From Lama glama (lineage: Eukaryota), in NCBI GenBank assembly GCA_028534125.1, contig CM052816.1, positions 21,640,001 to 21,704,000 of the forward strand: a stretch of DNA of 64,000 nt, given 5' to 3'. This document shows, one piece after another, positions 1-11,770 of the stretch. Under the pieces are notes generated by a model that did not search any database, was not told where the DNA came from, and was given only the letters and a program-made list of their open reading frames with translations. Position 1 is the first letter of the stretch. Each line of letters begins with the position of its first letter. Made by a program: the position numbers and the translations under genes.

Positions 1-2304
1 TCAGCTAAGTGTTTCATTTGTAGGCCTAATTTTTAATTAAGTTCTTAGGCAAGCACATTAGGAGAAGACTTCTGCCACATCTCCCACTTCCCTCTCATGT
101 GTGAGAAGAGCCATAGGACTTCATGCCCTGGGTGCATCCTTGTGGGTGTTGTGATTCATATCTTCCTGTTGTTGTTAAGACATCTGCCACTGCTTCCTGC
201 ACATCAGAGCCAGTGTTAGGACTCTCATGGCCCTTATTGAGGACAATGGCCTGCTTGGTTGCTGATTCCAAACCCTGGACCAAGGAGCTGAGAAGAGTGG
301 ACAGGACCTGTGCCCCTCTTGCTCTGGTGACTGGCTTCCCGGCTGTACCCTCTGTACCCTTTCTCACATGCAGCCTGAGAAGACAACAGCTTCATGCTTG
401 GACTAGCTTCTCTGCCACAACCCTGGCTTCATCTTAACTGACCTTTTGTCATGTGGTAGTTGACGACTGAGGACTGAATGCTGCAACTCCTAGTGAAAGG
501 GCTTTTATGGTCAGAGCTCTTCTGGAAGAGCTGGGCCACAGCTACCAGGAGGCTAAGACAGCGTTGTGGTTTGGTTTCCTTCTGTAGGAACTATCTTGGC
601 ATTTTCTTTGCCACTGAGTGGTATTGAAAGCTTTGATCCTGCGTATTCTGGGGACAGGAACCTGGGTTTCAGTACCTGTCTCTAAATGTTCATTTTACAT
701 TCCACACAGTGTGACATATGCCTAGGCACCAGCAATAGCCTCCTTTGCAGGGCCCCAAAGGGAGTGTTACAGGCTTCTGGAAGGGAACTAGTTCTTTTTC
801 GGCCTGTCAACATTCTTTCATCTCTAGTTGATGTGTTTGCTATAGATCATTCGGAAGAAAGAGCAATTGTGGCTTTCTTGTGAATTGGATGAGGGCCTAT
901 CTGATAGTGGAGGAGATGCTACAGTGCCAGAATTCTCTAAGATTGAAGACACTCCTGACTCAGTGTCTCAGCCTTCACCAAAAAAGTGATTTCTAACCAC
1001 TTTTTACCCTTCACTTTGACCTCAGTATCATAAATACCCATGTCTTTCAGCGACTGATTCTTCTACTTTTGTAATAAGAAATCTAAAAATGCAAATGAAT
1101 ACCTCCTTCCAGGAATCAGTTTTGATGTACAGTTGCTTAAAAATATGAGTCTGGAGCCTGGAGTTTGCTCATGTGGCGATCCTGATTGCTGCAAATCCAG
1201 AGGTTCCCATGACACTTGCACTATTTGGGGCTGTATTAAATAGCATAGGTACAAATCGCTTCAGCACCATGATTAATGTGAGTCCCCAAACTGTTAAAAG
1301 TTGAGCCAGCTATAACAATGCATCTTCTTTCATTACCCCCAGTAGAGAAAGTTTAAGCAGTCCATCCAGTAAGTGGGAGCGTTGGAAGGCTCTGCAGCCA
1401 TAATAGTCTCCAGCTACAAGCAGTGATCAAATTTCCCTAAGTGCATTGGCACAGTAATCACAGCCATGTTTAAAACTTTCTTAAAGTTCTCAGCTAGAGA
1501 GGGTCCAAAGAAAAGGCATTTGTAATATCACTTCATCAACTGCACTAGCATGTCTCTCCTTAGATGCATCTCCAGCACTAGAGCCATCTTCTGAGCCAGG
1601 CCTCCTGGCACTGTTGACAGGATTTCCAAGTATTTTTGGTGTGGGCCTCATGAAGATCGAAGCAGTGTATGCCAGCATATTTTCATCCACTGATTCTTCG
1701 TGTCACAATTTTTATTTTTGTGGACACTGAAAACCATGCTGCTGAAGTTCTCCACTGCATCATGTTTGATAAAGTTTTGTTTTGTTTTTTTACTCCAACA
1801 GGAATATTTTCTCTCTTGTAAAGTCCACCCTCCCTTTATCTCCCCTTCACGTCCATACGTCTCCATTATTGCTAGCTTTGCAGCATCTCTCACCTGACTG
1901 TTGGAATTGCCGAAAAGGATATACAAAACCAATTTTTTGAGTACTAATAGCCGAACCCCAAAGATGTTTATGGTTTCATTAAGACACAGAGCCATGTGTT
2001 ACCATTCGGTACATCAGCTTCCGTGTCAGATTCTGTACTTCATCTTGAACTTCGTCTCCCATTCCAGCTACTAAAGCTAAAATAACCATTGTGATTTAGG
2101 ACTTGTGCAGATAAGCTGTTCAGAAAGGCACTTATAATTTCTAATCCTGTTGGTGACACCTGAACTGGCTCAGGCCCTACTTCAGGTCCAGACTCCCATT
2201 GGGAGCCCTGGGGTGGAGCAGCAGTTTTGGCTACCCTGCAGCCAGCCGTCCATGCCCTGCTGCTTCATTTGGATGCAGAAGTACTTCATGCAGTAGACCA
2301 CTGT
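1..2304 (-). pseudogene. CLASP2: Processed pseudogene (retrocopy) of CLASP2, antisense in a P4HA2 intron; continues beyond window start; 5'UTR remnant may extend to ~2400
   Basis: Colinear minus-strand peptides with stops and frameshifts and no introns: MKYFCIQMKQQGMDGWLQ (~MEYFCAQVQQKDVGGRLQ), GLEIISAF, LCLNETINIFG..LFGNSNSQVRDAA, GNPVNSARRPGS..ASAVDE, ANALREI*SLLVAG, PNSASVMGTSG, SNCTSKLIPGRRYSFAFLDFLLQ, SDRPSSNSQES, NTGSDVQEAVAD, EDVAEV. Compared with CLASP2 recalled from memory. Confidence 0.92.
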
Positions 2305-2816
2305 GGGATGGGGTGGGATATGCTTGTCCAGTTCAGCCTGACCAGGAAGAGCTTCTAGGGACAGTAATGGAGGTGGCAGGAGCACTGCCAGGCACTAAGT
2401 AGCTCCCAAGTTAGCATTTAAAAAATTAATCCCAAATCTGAGTTTGTTTCTTTCTGCTGATTACCTTCTCACTATTTTCCAAACAACCAGGGCCCACGCC
2501 AAGGTCTGCTTCAAGAAGGGCTCCCTCTGCCACTGTACAGGTGTCCCCACAGGGCTGGAGCTTCTCCCCAGTGGCCATCTGCAGCTTGTTCTGTTTGGGA
2601 AACCACATTTGTGCTGCAGCCTTCCTCTTGGACAGCTGTAGACCTGTTTGCAGCATTTGCTCTGCCCGTGTTGGCAGGGCATAATTATCCTCCACTTCAG
2701 ACAGGCTGCTCTTGGGGGTTCTAGTTGTTACCTGGGGAGATGGTATCCCTGGGAGAGGGGCTGCTTCAGGATGGTTCATGCTGCTGACAAAATCCAACAT
2801 TGTTATTTCCCACCAG

Positions 2817-2870
2817 GTTGCTAATTATGGAATGGGAGGACAGTACGAGCCACATTTTGACTTCTCCAGG
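2817..2870 (+). CDS. P4HA2: P4HA2 coding exon (54 nt) VANYGMGGQYEPHFDFSR, with the Fe-binding H-x-D motif
   Basis: cag|GTTGCT...TCCAGG|gtaagg; peptide typical of the collagen prolyl 4-hydroxylase alpha catalytic domain. Confidence 0.97.
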
Positions 2871-3319
2871 GTAAGGCCCAAATCACCTCGAAATCAGGTG
2901 CTTTCAAGGGACCCGTGCCAGGTAGTTTGAGAAGGTTGGGGCCTTTAGGAGCATGGCAGCCTCTGCATCAGGTCCCCCTCCCTCAACAGGGCCTACCTTT
3001 GTTGCTGGCAAAGCCCAAGTCCGGAGCTGAGTGCAGCCCAGCTGTTTCCCCTGTGATGTAGGGAGTGGTTCCCCTGGCCTAACCCTGTCATTCTTTGCCA
3101 TGGTTCTAAAGCAGAGGACCTCACTCGGTCTTTGTGAAAGCTGTTCCTGCCTCCTTTTCCTCATGCCCGGCCAGGGTTTCCTTTGCAGCCTTGACCCGTG
3201 GTCCAGGCTGATGTATGGAACACACACTTACTATCTTCCCCTGACCTTTTGGGCCCCAGTCTTGTGGGTGGTGGGAGAAGTCAGTTGCAAACTTGGGTGA
3301 AAGTTGTTGTCTGTTGCAG

Positions 3320-3379
3320 CGACCTTTTGACAGCGGCCTCAAAACGGAGGGGAATAGGTTAGCGACGTTTCTTAACTAT
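3320..3379 (+). CDS. P4HA2: P4HA2 mutually exclusive exon, 60 nt, RPFDSGLKTEGNRLATFLNY
   Basis: ttgcag|CGACCT...AACTAT|gtaagt; phase 0-0; matches the known short P4HA2 isoform peptide. Confidence 0.95.
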
Positions 3380-3428
3380 GTAAGTATCAGGTACAGGCCC
3401 ACCTGTTTACTCTCACTTGATTTTATAG

Positions 3429-3494
3429 AAGAATGAGCAAGATGCTTTCAAGCGTTTAGGGACGGGGAATCGTGTGGCCACATTCTTAAACTAC
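3429..3494 (+). CDS. P4HA2: P4HA2 mutually exclusive exon, 66 nt, KNEQDAFKRLGTGNRVATFLNY
   Basis: ttttatag|AAGAAT...AACTAC|gtgagt; phase 0-0; paralogous to the preceding exon (GNR[L/V]ATFLNY). Confidence 0.95.
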
Positions 3495-3969
3495 GTGAGT
3501 ATGATGCGTGCAGCGTATGGGCCTTAAGGGGAGCCTGGGTCCAGAGTGCTCTCTGACATCCACTCCTATCAGAGCTGATACCACCAGCTGTGTTTGATGG
3601 CTGGCCCTTCTGGCTCTTTGCACCCTTCTTGGCTGGAGTAGAGAGTTGCCCTTTGTTCCTATCTGTGTGCTCCCCTGATCCCCCTGACTTCTACATCGCT
3701 GGCTCTTTTTTGATGGGTCCAGTGCTTGTCTGGACTTTTGGGATGGGTGCCCTGGCAGCAGAGTGAGGAGGTATCCATGAGGTGCTCTTAGATGAAGCTG
3801 CCTTCGTTTCCCCAGAGCTCCAGCCACAGGCCATTGAGTTTACCTCCCATGTGAGGAACAGTTTCCTCTCCCCTTTGCTGAGAGCCAGCTCTTAAGAGGC
3901 ATAGAAGCCATCAAGCAACTTAGACAGAAGCTGGTGTCCATTTTCTTCTTTGGTGTCTCACTTATGTTT

Positions 3970-4425
3970 TTATTGTGTGGTTATCATGTGCTGGGGATTG
4001 CCATGAACATGTTGGTGAGCAGGACATGTGTGGTCTCTCCTGGGCTTAATGGTCTAACGTGAAAGACTTACTTTAAACATAGGAGAGGTAACTGTTTAGT
4101 TACCATGGTGATAAGTGCTTTGAAGTACTTAGTAGTGCAGGGTAGGGTTCAGAGAAGGCTTCTCTTGGGAAGTAACATGTCAGTTGACACTTGAAGGTTG
4201 AGTGGAAATTAGTTGGTGAAACATGGTTTCTGGCAGAGGAGTGAATGTGAGGAGACCTTAAGAGGAAAGGAGCTTGGGATGTTGGAAAAAAGAGAAAATG
4301 GATGGCGTGTCTAAGAGTGCATGATTTGGGAGTGGCTAGAGGGAGAGGCTGGTGAGGCTGCCAGGTTCTAGAAAAGAGCCTGGATTTGATCCCCGCTCCT
4401 ATGAGAAGCCATCAGGGGGTTTTGT
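3970..4425 (-). mobile_element. Degraded L2 LINE fragment (intronic), boundaries approximate
   Basis: Purine-rich L2-like phrases (agagaaggcttctc, gagaagccatcaggggg). Confidence 0.5.
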
Positions 4426-5190
4426 CTTATTCATTTACCATATGTTTCTTGAGTGCCCTTCAGTCTGTCTGGTATATGTCCCGTGGAAATATTTTTTAGC
4501 TCCACATTTTATTACATTACAGGCTAAAAGCCTGAAGTAAGAGAGCCAGATGAGAAGTGGTGCTTTGGGCATGAGCTGAGGCACGCTCTGGGCATGAGTG
4601 CGGCCTCGCTACTGTTGAAACTGTGTTCCATTTAGTTTGAGGTTTTACTGTGGGCCTCTGGAGACAGCGCCCTGCCTGCCTGCCCACCCAGCTGGCCCTG
4701 AGGAAGGTGGCTGTTCTGGGGAGGGGAGGTCTGACTAGAGCTGCCAGAGAAACAGTCCAGAGTCGGGATCACAGATGGTGTTGGAAGCCATAGGGAGCTC
4801 CCCGTCAGGGCAGCTCACAGGGCACTGGCTTAGGCAAGGCCCAGGCTGGATGGGGATAAAAGGGGTGGAGGTCAGTCAGGCATTTTTCCAGTACAGACTC
4901 AGATTGTTCCCATTCGAGGACAGCCAGGTTATGGGTCTCCTGCAGGCCTTTGTCTCTCAAGCGCCCATGGCATGGAGACTGTCCTGATGAACCATAAGCA
5001 GGGTTGAGAGAGGGGCAGAGTGTGGGAAGAGCCTTTCTTGGCTGAACGGCTGGTGGTGGAGCAGAGCCTCCAAGCAGTTCTGCTCATGCTCAGGGTGGGG
5101 GTGATCTGCATACCTTGCCATGTCCTTTGTGGCTCAGTTGCTCTGAGAGCCTTGAGTAGAAGGGCCAAGCTCTATGTCTTGTATTCCCAG

Positions 5191-5259
5191 ATGAGTGATG
5201 TAGAAGCTGGTGGTGCCACTGTCTTTCCTGATCTGGGGGCTGCAATTTGGCCTAAGAAG
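5191..5259 (+). CDS. P4HA2: P4HA2 coding exon (69 nt) MSDVEAGGATVFPDLGAAIWPKK
   Basis: ttcccag|ATGAGT...AAGAAG|gtaggt. Confidence 0.97.
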
Positions 5260-5633
5260 GTAGGTTCTGGTTCTTGTGGGTCAAAGGTTGAAGTACGGGG
5301 CTCAGACTTCATCCATGTCTCCTAGTCCCATTCCCTGGCCTGCTTGACTACTGCTTTGAGGGGCCTTAGCCCCTTCTTGCCTGAACCCTGACCTTGTGGT
5401 TTCGGCTTCTATCTGGGAAGATGGGATGGGGAGGCAGGTAGAATTCGAACATCCACACCACCCCACTGTGAAGGGTAGGTGCTTTCTGGGGAACTTCTCT
5501 ACACTGGAGTCCTAGAGCCCTTGTACATGAGATAGTGAGGGTGTTTCTGCTCAGGGAGGGCTCTGTGGTACTCAGGGTCAGATCCTTGAGCCCACTATCC
5601 AAGCATGTTGTTTGACGGGGCTTCATTATCCAG

Positions 5634-5730
5634 GGCACAGCTGTATTCTGGTACAACCTCCTGCGGAGTGGAGAAGGTGACTACCGAACGAGACATGCTG
5701 CCTGTCCCGTGCTTGTGGGCTGCAAGTGGG
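5634..5730 (+). CDS. P4HA2: P4HA2 coding exon (97 nt) GTAVFWYNLLRSGEGDYRTRHAACPVLVGCKW, with the distal Fe-binding His and the 2-oxoglutarate-binding Lys
   Basis: atccag|GGCACA...TGGG|gtgagt; ends in phase 1. Confidence 0.97.
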
Positions 5731-6447
5731 GTGAGTGGCTTAAGGTGTAGTGTTGGTCTCTGGGGTCTAGCGGTCAGCCTGAGACTCTGAGCTGGGAGAC
5801 AACTGCTGCCAATTTTCACAAGACCAGACGGTCTCCGTTTTTGAGATTTTGTTTCTTTTTTTGTTTGTTTGTTTGTTTTTAAGCCTGCTAACTGGTAGCC
5901 CCACCTAGCCATGTAGCTGTGCATTCAGCTCATTATGTGCCAAGACAACTGGTTGGGGACACTCTCAGAGATGCCTAGAGAGCTGCAGAAGCCCCAAGAA
6001 AGGATAGCTATACAAGCATTGTGGGTCCAGGATGGCTCCCCAGAAGAGTGGACTCTGGCAAGGGTTCTGAGGGTGTAGCTGGGGAGAACTGGAATCAGAG
6101 AGGGCTGGGGTGTCCCAGGCAAGCAAAGCCTATGTGGAACAGCACAGGCTAAGATCAGCCTCATAGGTGTGGAGACTGGCTGCCTTTGTCTTTCGCACAA
6201 GAGGAGGCCTGTGGCACAGGGGCCAAGAGATGAGGCTCCAGGCTGGGAACAAACTGTGGAGACTGAAACTTGAGCCTTGTTCTGGAAGCAGCTGTGGTGA
6301 GCCATGGAGAAGCTTGAACCAGGATGTGACAGGAAGTGATCACAAAGAGATGAGTATAAGCCCCCTGGGAGAGTTTTGGGGATAAATAGTGATGGGTCAC
6401 AGAAAATTAAGAAAATGAGAAAAGAAACAAAAAAGGGAATATAAGTA

Positions 6448-6663
6448 CAGTTGACCCTTGAACAGAGCAGGGGTTGGGGCGTTGACCCTCTGTGTATAAT
6501 TTATAGTTGGCCCTTCATATACGCTGTTCCTCTGTATCCGGGATCTGGATTAGCAGATTCAGCCAACTATGGATCATGTAGCACTGTTGTATTTGCTACT
6601 GAAAAAAATCCACGTGTAAGTAGACTCGTGCAGTTCAAACATGTGTTGTTCAGGGGTACACTA
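6448..6663. mobile_element. Tigger2-family non-autonomous TcMar DNA transposon (MITE)
   Basis: TIR CAGTTGACCCTTGAACA at left and degenerate inverse (tgttcaggggtacacta) at right, flanked by TA. Confidence 0.8.
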
Positions 6664-6669
6664 TATAAT

Positions 6670-7075
6670 CTATATTAGGTAGCTCAGATATGAGTAATAT
6701 TTATATAATGATGTAAATACTGAATATTAATTTAACTAGAACTTGTAATTTAACTATATTGGGGGGTGGAGGGGAATAGGTATTTTAAGAGTGGTATAAA
6801 AATTTCCAAATCTCCATCTTTCATTGTAGACCATCAACATGTAAGATCTAAAATTGAAAGTCAAGAAATAGCATTATAAGTATGTTATGTAGAAAAATGA
6901 GGATAAGTATCAGAAGAAACAACAAAAGGAGTTGAATATACTCAAAGTGGGGATTGGTGGTGGGAAGGGGTAGGTAAGGATTGCTGTTTATCATTATAAG
7001 CCTTGTAGAACAATTTGATTTTTTTCAACTAAGTACATGTATTACTTAAAAAATATTATAAATTATATTTTAAAA
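6670..7075 (+). mobile_element. Old L1 (L1MC-like) 3' end fragment, approximate
   Basis: G-rich tract followed by AT-rich L1 3'UTR-like tail. Confidence 0.5.
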
Positions 7076-7785
7076 GTATTCTTGCTTCATTTGTGCATTA
7101 ACATCAATTTTAAAAAATTCATTATGGAACAGTCCCAATAGAGGAATGAAATTGTGGTTTGTAAGCATTTAAAACAGAGCTTTAGATGACAGACCATGCT
7201 AGCACTGGCTCTTCTTCTCTGCTGCCCACAGCACGCAGATTGGATCTCCTGGCCCAGAGCCGTGAGGTTCCTGTCTAGGCCTTCTGCAATACTGACAGGC
7301 TTCCTCACCCTCATCCCCCACCTCTTAGTTCCCACCTGCCACTCCTCAGTAATATTAAGTGTTGGGGTCCTTGACTTAACACCAGGGTGGTTCATGCCTT
7401 GATGTCTTTGTCATCCTGTTTCCACTTTGTGGACCCTCTTGGTGTAGGAGCCATCTGCTCTGTCCAACCTCTGTCCAGCTTCTTCCCTGATACCTCCTAC
7501 TCAGTTTCGTGTTCCAGCCCTGGGGTCTCCTCTTCCCCGACATGGGTAGATGCCCTTTGGCTCCATGTCCATAGCAACCTACACACATATATATCTTGTA
7601 TCTCTGGCAGACTTTTGTACCCTTATCTGTCTTCCTCACCAGCTCATGAGCAACTTGAGGACTGAGACCAAGTCCTACTCATATCTGAGCCTCAGGTCCA
7701 GTGTAGAAGTCATTGTGAAGGAATCATTAATTTTGGCTACTGAACTAATCAACAGGATTGTAACATACTTTCTCTCTGTTCACAG

Positions 7786-7856
7786 TCTCCAATAAGTGGT
7801 TCCATGAACGAGGGCAGGAGTTCTTGAGGCCGTGTGGATCAACAGAAGTTGACTGA
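7786..7856 (+). CDS. P4HA2: P4HA2 last coding exon (V)SNKWFHERGQEFLRPCGSTEVD*
   Basis: ctctctgttcacag|TCTCCAAT...GACTGA; phase 1 fits the previous exon; C-terminus STEVD matches P4HA2. Confidence 0.97.
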
Positions 7857-8255
7857 CATCCTTTTCTGCCTTCCCCCTTCCTGGCCCCACAGCCCATGTT
7901 GTCTTCAAGTTCAACGTGACAGACCCCTCTGTATGTTCCAGCCCCTGTCAGGAGGGTCTTTGGAGGAGTGAATGTTTGTCCGGAGCAGAGAGTGGACTGG
8001 GGAAGGTCTTGGGTGACCTGAGTCCAAGCCTCTCCAGTCAGCCTGTGCTATCTCTGGCCGCAAGGGTCGGTTGGAGTGGCTGCAGCAGAGTTGGGCTGTC
8101 TAGCACCTAGCAAGGTGCTTTTGTACCTCAGATGCTTTAGGTGTGAGATGTTTCAGTGAACCAAAGTACTGATACCTTGTTTACATGTTTGTTTTTATGG
8201 AATTTCTACTAATGTGGCTTTAACCAAAAATAAAATGTCCCTGCCAGAAGCCTTA
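7857..8255 (+). other. P4HA2: P4HA2 3'UTR (end approximate)
   Basis: Between the stop codon and the AATAAA signal. Confidence 0.8.
8229..8234 (+). terminator. Polyadenylation signal AATAAA of P4HA2
   Basis: AATAAA ~370 nt after the stop, with a U-rich upstream element and downstream GU/U-rich gagtgtttttt at ~8270. Confidence 0.8.
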
Positions 8256-8479
8256 AAGAGCCTTATCTGGAGTGTTTTTTAAGATGGAGAGCTTTTACCA
8301 AGTAGCATTTCCTGTGCATCTTCTCTGTGCAGGCAGAATCTGGGTAGTATTCATTAGGCTCTAGATCTGGTTTTGGCACTTAGTTTTTCCTCTAAGTGTC
8401 CTTTCTGGAAGGTGAGAGAGATAGTCTCTCCTTGCCTTTCGGAGAACACAGAGATCATGTGTGTCCATGATTGTGATGC

Positions 8480-9660
8480 TGTTATAATTTGAAATTTTGA
8501 GACATACACACAGAATTGTTTGTGACTCACAGATGTACAGTTTAAAGAATGTGAAGGTGAGTATGAGCTCCCATGTCACCACCACCCAGGTTAGAGAAGA
8601 GATCATTTTCAAATTGACATCTCAGGAGTCCCTATGGGTCCCTCCTTGACCTGCCCCCACTACCTCAGTGGTAACCATTGTCTGGTGATTTGTGGTAGTT
8701 GTGCCTTTGCTTTTCTCCGTAGTTTTACTATCCATGCCTGTATCCCTAAATAAATAGTAGTTACTTTGCTTTCTCTGATTTTGAACTTTTTCTAATGGAA
8801 TCAGAGTATATTTTGTTGAGTGTTTGGCCTCTTTCATTTAACAGTTGTTTTTAGGATTCATCCACGTTGTTGTGCAACTGCAGTTTGTATTTATTTGTAT
8901 AGTTCAGTTTTGTTAATGTATATTATAGAACAATACCATAATATAGCTGATACACTGTTGATAGACATTTGAGTTGGCTTCAGTCTTGGTATATTATGAA
9001 TAATGCTGCTGTTGCATTTTTGTAAGTGATTCCTGGTGCACATAAACACATTTCTGTAGAATACATATCTAGACAAGGAAATGCTGAGTGTTAGTAGGTG
9101 AACCTTCAACTTTACCATTTAATGTATTCAAGAGCAGTTATGCACATTGCCACCAAGAGTAAATAAGAGTTCTTGTTATCCCAACCTTCTCCAGTATCTG
9201 GTATTGTCATACTTTTGTATTTTAGCTAGCTTGTTACAAGTATAATATTATCTATTTTAACATGATTATTAATGACACTGAACAGCTTCCTGTATGTTTA
9301 TTAGTCTTTAGATTTCATCTTTGTTCAAGTCTTTCTCTTACTAATTCATAGGCATTGTTAATATATTAAGGACACAAGCTGTTTGTTGATTACATGCTTT
9401 GCATCTTTTCTCCAGTCTGTCTTTTACTTGCAGCTCTGTCTTTTGATGAATAGAACTTCTTAATTTCTAGGTCAAATTTTCAAGCTTTTCGTTTTTGATT
9501 TGTGCTTTTTTATGTCTTGTTTAAGAAATTCTTCTATACCCCAAGATGTTGAAGATATTTCTTCTTTTATAAAAGCATTATAGTTTTATCTTTTACATTT
9601 ATATCTTTAATACACCTGGGTTTTATTTTTGTATATGGTATGAAGTACAAGGGTCTATGT
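8480..9660 (-). mobile_element. Old L1 (L1ME/MC-like) 3' region, approximate
   Basis: Antisense L1 3' phrases (ttcatccacgttgttg, gttgatagacatttgagttg, tattatgaataatgctgct). Confidence 0.75.
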
Positions 9661-9999
9661 AAAAAGATTCTTTTACATATTTTATTAGGATAGGCCAGGC
9701 TTATGCTAGAATAATAAAATAACCTTTAAATCTTGATGGCTTAATGTATAAAGCTATGTCTCAGGCAAAAAGAAATCACTGGGTCTAGGGCAACTGCTAC
9801 CTATCTACTGCCATATAATCTCCCTCTAGTGCCTTCCCCCATCAGAACCTAACAGGAAGCCAGCTGGTAAGGGAATCTGAGAAATGTGGTTTAGAGTCAC
9901 AACTCCGCTGTAACAGCAGAGCATATAACAGATGAGCTTGGAGCTGAGAAACAACAGAAAAATTACTGGCATGCTAGGTGTTCTGTTTGTTTTGTTTTG

Positions 10000-11220
10000 T
10001 TTTTGTTTTTATTTTTGTTGTTATTTTATTCTGAGATTCTTTGGGCTTCTTTGAATCTGTATGATAGTATCTTCAGTCAGTTTTGGAAAATTATTAAATC
10101 ATTTTCTCTTTCAATATTTTCTGCATTCCTCCTGGAACTCTGGTTAAATGTAAATTAGACTGTGTCATGCTATTCTTATCTCTTAACCTGTCTTCCATAT
10201 TTTTAATATCTGTGGTATGTTTCAGTTTTTTTACAACTGTCTTATAATTTACTAATTCTCTTCTATTAAATGCATCTAGGAGTTTTTCTTTAAGCACTTT
10301 AAATATGTTAAGTCCATTCTTTTCTTTCTTTATACAATTTCTGTTGAAAATTCAGCTATCTTGTCGTCTTGCTGCTCTTTTAAAAGTAATTTCTCCCCAC
10401 TCACTATCTACAATCTGCTTTTTAAGATTTTTCTTTGTTTTGGTTTTCACTAGTTTTACTATATGATATACCTAATTGGGTTTCTTTTTGTGATTTTCCA
10501 GCCTGGGGTTTACAGAGCTTCTTGAATTTGTGGGTTGATGTCTTTGATCAATTTTGGAAGTTTCTCAGATATTATTCAAATATTATTTCTGTCACATTTT
10601 CTGTCTCTCCTCTCTTTCTGGGATACCAGTAATCTGGATGTTAGAACTTATCATTGTGTTTCATGTCTCCTAATCTCTCTTCTGTATCTACTATTCTTTT
10701 TCCCCCTTGTGCTTCGGGCTAGGTATTTTCTATTGATCTCTCTTCCAATTCATTTCTCTTCTACTAGGTCTGTCTATTGAGTTCTTAATTTTAGTTCTTG
10801 TATTTTTTTTAGTTATAGAATATATTTTCAGTTATTTTGAATAGATTCTAGTTCTCTGGGGGAATTTATCTTTTGTCTTCTCTTTTCTTGAACCAATGGA
10901 TCAGTTATTTTGAAGTTCTTGTCCAATAACTCCATGATTTAGATTTTCTATGAATCTCTTTCTGTTGTCTTTTTTTGCCCCTGTAGTTTCTGGTCATTTG
11001 TTCCACTCTCTTGGTATGCCTGGTAGTTTTTGATTGAATACTCGACATTGTGTATGACAAATTATAGTAGCTCTTGATGGTGATAACCTCCTACACAAAG
11101 GGTTTACTCTTTACTATGGAGAGTGGGGATTGATCATCTTGATCCAGTCAGGGCCTGGGCTGACATAATTAATGCTGGGTTCTGGTTTTCTTAAGACGCT
11201 ACCTCTGGTTTACCCTTGTT
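10000..11220 (-). mobile_element. Old L1/HAL1-like ORF1 and 5' region fragments, approximate
   Basis: Minus-strand peptides resemble ORF1p (IKNMEDRLR..SNLHLTRVPG); T-rich + strand. Confidence 0.6.
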
Positions 11221-11226
11221 TTCTCA

Positions 11227-11770
11227 TGTTAGGGGAGGGGAATTTTCCCCCTCTGCTCCTTTTGAGTTCTTGTGACTGAAATGATGATAAAATTTCAAGG
11301 CAGATTAACAGGAAAAAAGAAACAAATTTTAAGTCATGTGCACAGAGGTCTCATAGAAATGGGACCTAAGAAGTGGCCAAAGCAGGCATTTTTTATACTT
11401 CTTAGACAAAGAAACAATAAATTTGTGAAGGATTGACAGAAAAAAGAAACTTAGGTTTTGGGTGCTCAGTTAGTGAAAAATCTAAACAGAATTTGGACTT
11501 GGGGTGGTGAATTAAAGAAGTGACAAGGTTTGTTTATATAGGCTTCTCAGCCTGAATTGTCTATCTCTGGTGATAAGGGTTTCCTTCTACCTCCAGATGC
11601 AGGGAGTACACCTTTCACATGAGAGATTTATTTCTTGCTTTCAGGGAGACAAAGGAGGGTCACAGTGTCCCTCTTGTGATGACCATTTCTTAAGTAACTT
11701 TAATTCAAAATCATCAATATGCTATTTAGGTACATTTTGGGGTGGCCTACCCTGGGCCCCAGTACCCCCT
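11227..11770 (-). mobile_element. Solo ERV1-class LTR (MER34/MER39-like)
   Basis: Right end acattttggggtggc reverse-complements to the MER34-like start (gccaccccaaaat); interrupts older L1 sequence. Confidence 0.6.

Noticed and set aside
1..2304. Functional CLASP2 retrogene
   Set aside because: Many stops, frameshifts and deletions; longest open piece is 115 aa
2712..5325. ORF-track calls 2712-2930 and 5020-5325 as standalone genes
   Set aside because: Each is a real P4HA2 exon extended into flanking intron
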